Positions 61,073 through 64,000 of a stretch of DNA of 64,000 nucleotides are shown here, piece after piece. Within the stretch, counting starts at the first letter, position 1. Each line of letters starts with the position of its first letter. Source of the DNA: Macrostomum lignano (lineage: Eukaryota); the NCBI GenBank assembly GCA_002269645.1, contig NIVC01003151.1:1-64000 (forward strand). The letters run 5' to 3'. The notes beneath the pieces are model-generated. The model was not told where the DNA came from and did no database searches. It worked only from the letters and a program-made list of their open reading frames with translations. Position numbers and translations under genes: made by a program.

Positions 61073-64000
61073 ATGCGCGCCAGTTTGGTTTGCCCTCGCA
61101 CGGGCAGAACAGTTTGCACCATAGACAGCGGCGGCAGAGTTGTCATCGGCCGTCAGCCACAGTTCGACATTCGAGACGCGGCCTGTTCTCGTCAGCAAGC
61201 CAGATTAGATTTGCAACAAACAGACAGCGGTAGCAGCGGTGACAGTGACTCATTGACAGTGACTTGTGTTGGAGCTGGTAGGTTGTATGTCAACTCTAAC
61301 AGTGATGACAAAGGTGGTGATCAGCGTCAACTATTGACTATGGGCGAGTCGGCGAGATTAGCCAATGGCGACGCTTTGATACTTGGCAACGACTGTCTGC
61401 TGAAGGTGTTATTGGCACCTGAGGACTCGGAGCCGGTGGTAAAGAAGCGGAGACTCGAGCAATTGAATGCGGGCGAGGGGGCCCAGCAAGATAGCGATGA
61501 AAATCCTAGTCAAGTTGATCTTCAATTGAACTTAATGCGCCAAGCAGCCGCTCGGTTCTCCAGCCAATCAGATTGCGCAGCCAGCGCCAGCCAATTGGAA
61601 GCCTCCAACTCGGCCAGCCAATCAAATCCATCTGACTCTCCCAGCCAATTAAAGCCGACTCCAACTGGTTGGCGCGATTTCGGCGCAGTGCTTGTCTACA
61701 CGACGCCCGGCTGTTTGCCCAGCCGCAAAATCGCCGGATTCGATATGGACGGCACGCTGATTACCACGCAGTCTGGTCGAGTTTTTGCCAAAGATCTGGC
61801 GGATTGGAAAGTGATTTATCCCCAGGTGCCTGGCCGATTGAAATCTCTGGTCGCTGAGGGCTACAAAGTGGCACTGTTCTCTAATCAGAAAGGTGTCGAG
61901 GTTGGCAAAGTGAGAGTGGAGGATTTGAAAGTCAAAGTGAGTATATGTCCTACTATGCCAGTTTATTTCTTTGTTTTGAATAGCCAATGATGACTCAATT
62001 GCTACTCTTGATGTGTCTTATGATGAGAAGGTTTACCACCTTGTTTCTGTCTGAGGCTATGGAACTTTTCTTTTCTGTTTTCCTTATTAGATAGATAGGC
62101 CGGTATGATGACCCAATTGCTACTCTTGACCTGTTGGTATGATGAGCTGCATCTACCACCATTCACTGTGTCTGAGGCCCGGATTTATTGTACGTTCGTG
62201 CATCAGAATTTTACAAATTATTTAGTATTATAATACAAATTATTTTCTAACTTGCTTGCTAACACACCAGCGTAATTCTTTTTTCGTCTCTTAAGTATCG
62301 CCCTTCACCGCCTTCCGAGAATCACCCTTCACCGCCTTCCGAGATCACCCTTCACCGCCTTTCAAGAATCGCCTTCCGTGAATCGCCCTTCACCGCCTTT
62401 TGAAAATCGCCCTTCACCACCTTTTGACAAGCGCCCTTCACCGCCTTCTGAAAATCGCCCTTCACCGCCTTCCGAAAATCGCCCTTCACTGCCTTCCGTG
62501 AATCGCCCTTTACCGCCTTCCGAAAATCGCCCTTTACCGCCTTCCGAAAATCGCTCTTCACCGCCTTCCGAAAATCGCTCTTCACCGCCTTCCGAAAATC
62601 GCCCTTCACCGCCTTCTGAAAATCGCCCTTCACCACCTTTCGAGAATCGCCGTTCACTGTCTGCGTTTCTCATCTGTCTCAAAAAAATTATATTTATATG
62701 GCCCATATGATGACCTAATTGCTACTCTTGACCTGTCGGTATGATGAGCTGCATCTACCACCAGTCACAATGTCTGAGGCCAGAATTTTGGGGCAAGATT
62801 TATTATAAATTCGATGAACTGTTTATTATGACTTTTAACTGTCCTTGCACTAATGCAAAGTTAATTGTTTTATATGTTTGTCTTATAAGGCCGATATGAT
62901 GACCTAATTGCTACTCTTGACCTGTTGGTATGACGAGATGCATCTACCACCATTTTAATTGTCTAAGGCCTGGATTTATAGTGATGTTTGAACTGCAGCT
63001 ATTATTGAAAAGTATTTTCATATCAGTTTTGAAATATAATCACGAGTCTTATTGAACTAAATCGCTTGATAACGAAACAGATTGAGAGAGTTTCCGCTCG
63101 CCTGGGCGCACCAATGCAAGTTTTTCTTAGCGTGCGCGGTCAACGATATCGCAAACCCTGCACTGGCATGTGGCACCTACTGGAGCGAGATGAATTCAAT
63201 GCGGGCCTCCGACCGGATCCGGCTGAGTCGTTTTACGTTGGAGACGCAGCTGGCAGACCAGCTGAGACTGGTAAAGGTGAGATTTACTAGTACTGCATTT
63301 TTCTTTTTCTGTTACTTCTTTTTTCTCAGATTTCCCCGTATACCGTAGAACTTCCCCGTATGGGATTTCCCCGTATGTGAATTCCCCGTATGGGATTTCC
63401 CCGTATGTGAATTCCCCGTATGGGATTTTCCCGTATGGGATTTCCCCGTATGGGATTTCCCCGTATGTGAATTCCCCGTATGGGATTTCCCCGTATGGGA
63501 TTTCCCCGTATGGGATTTCCCCGTATGTGAATTCCCCGTATGGGATTTCCCCGTATGGGATTTCCCCGTATGGGATTTCCCCGTATGGGATTTCCCCGTA
63601 TGGGATTTCCCTGTATGGGATTTCCCTGTATGGGATTTCCCCGTATAGGATTTCCTCGTATGGGATTTCCCCGTGTAAAATTTCCCCTGGGATTTAAAAG
63701 TTGGTACACTTTAGTCATTAGACGTTTCTTAAAGTTTAATTAAAACGACGGCCAATATGATGACCTAATTGCTACTCTTGACCGGCTGGTATGATGACAC
63801 ATCTACCACTATTTACTGTCTGAGGCCTGTTCTTACTATTTTTTAAATATATCTTTGTTCGGAGATGTGAGTAACACGTTAATTAAGGCCCATATGATGA
63901 CCTAATTGCTACTCTTGACCATTTGGTATGATGATCTGCGTCTACCACCATTCACAGTGTCTGAGGCCTCAATTAAGTGTAGACCATTTCAGGATTCAGT
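61073..64000 (+). CDS. PNKP: Polynucleotide kinase 3'-phosphatase (5' part; continues beyond window)
   Basis: Exon 1 61073-61936 has the FHA domain (IGR, CSRQQ), a linker and the HAD motif FDMDGTLITTQSG. Exon 2 63081-63276 has RKPCTGMW and FYVGDAAGR. Probable next acceptor at 63992/63993. Confidence 0.92.
61980..62060 (+). ncRNA. Box C/D snoRNA, SNORD76/U76-like, copy 1
   Basis: Terminal stem atagcc/ggctat, C box ATGATGA, guide aattgctact, D' TTGA, C' ATGATGA, accacc element, D box CTGA. Confidence 0.8.
62098..62179 (+). ncRNA. Box C/D snoRNA, SNORD76/U76-like, copy 2
   Basis: ggcc stem, C, D', C' and D boxes, ttgctactcttga, ctaccaccatt. Confidence 0.85.
62300..62652. repeat. 24-bp minisatellite (ttccgaaaatcgcccttcaccgcc), PNKP intron 1
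   Basis: Tandem units lying between snoRNA copies 2 and 3. Confidence 0.92.
62699..62782 (+). ncRNA. Box C/D snoRNA, SNORD76/U76-like, copy 3
   Basis: tggcc/ggcca stem with all four boxes. Confidence 0.85.
62888..62971 (+). ncRNA. SNORD76/U76-like copy 4, degenerate (D box CTAA, C' ATGACGA)
   Basis: aggcc/ggcct stem and intact guide, but the terminal D box is mutated. Confidence 0.65.
63345..63695. repeat. 15-bp minisatellite (gggatttccccgtat), PNKP intron 2
   Basis: Tandem units. Confidence 0.93.
63750..63827 (+). ncRNA. Box C/D snoRNA, SNORD76/U76-like, copy 5
   Basis: ggcc stem with all four boxes. Confidence 0.85.
63886..63969 (+). ncRNA. Box C/D snoRNA, SNORD76/U76-like, copy 6
   Basis: aggcc/ggcct stem with all four boxes. 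Confidence 0.85.

Noticed and set aside
62352-62710. RPSPPSEN-repeat ORF as a PNKP exon (also 63326-63743)
   Set aside because: Minisatellite translations; PNKP exons 1 and 2 join in frame without them.
59670-63081. FHA ORF as an alternative first exon spliced to PNKP exon 2
   Set aside because: Phase is compatible, but the splice would skip the DxDGT phosphatase motif; the nearer acceptor at ~61022 gives an immediate stop.

Overview
Eukaryotic (animal) genomic DNA. GC-rich exons, minisatellite-filled introns and a two-domain small HSP suggest a free-living flatworm such as Macrostomum; this is inferred, not verified. Genes reconstructed by eye: PDAP1 (+, 4 exons), an intronless TIS11/ZFP36-family tandem-CCCH gene (+), a rearranged tetraspanin lacking its middle exons (-), a C-type lectin (-), a two-alpha-crystallin-domain small HSP (+), ALG10 (+), DDX55 (+), lysosomal phospholipase A2/LCAT (-, two 1-bp frameshifts), an FHA-only ORF (+) and the 5' part of PNKP (+). 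Nearly every intron holds its own tandem array. Three TIR elements and a tRNA-derived SINE are present. Highlights: (1) six SNORD76/U76-like box C/D snoRNA copies packed several per intron in PNKP; (2) a stand-alone PNKP/aprataxin-type FHA paralogue just upstream of PNKP; (3) a DDX55 start that may be supplied by a spliced-leader AUG, in a candidate ALG10-DDX55 operon; (4) a microhomology-joined rearrangement, or misassembly, at the tetraspanin; (5) tandem arrays traceable to transposon parts. All assignments come from reading the sequence and recalling family motifs; no searches were run.
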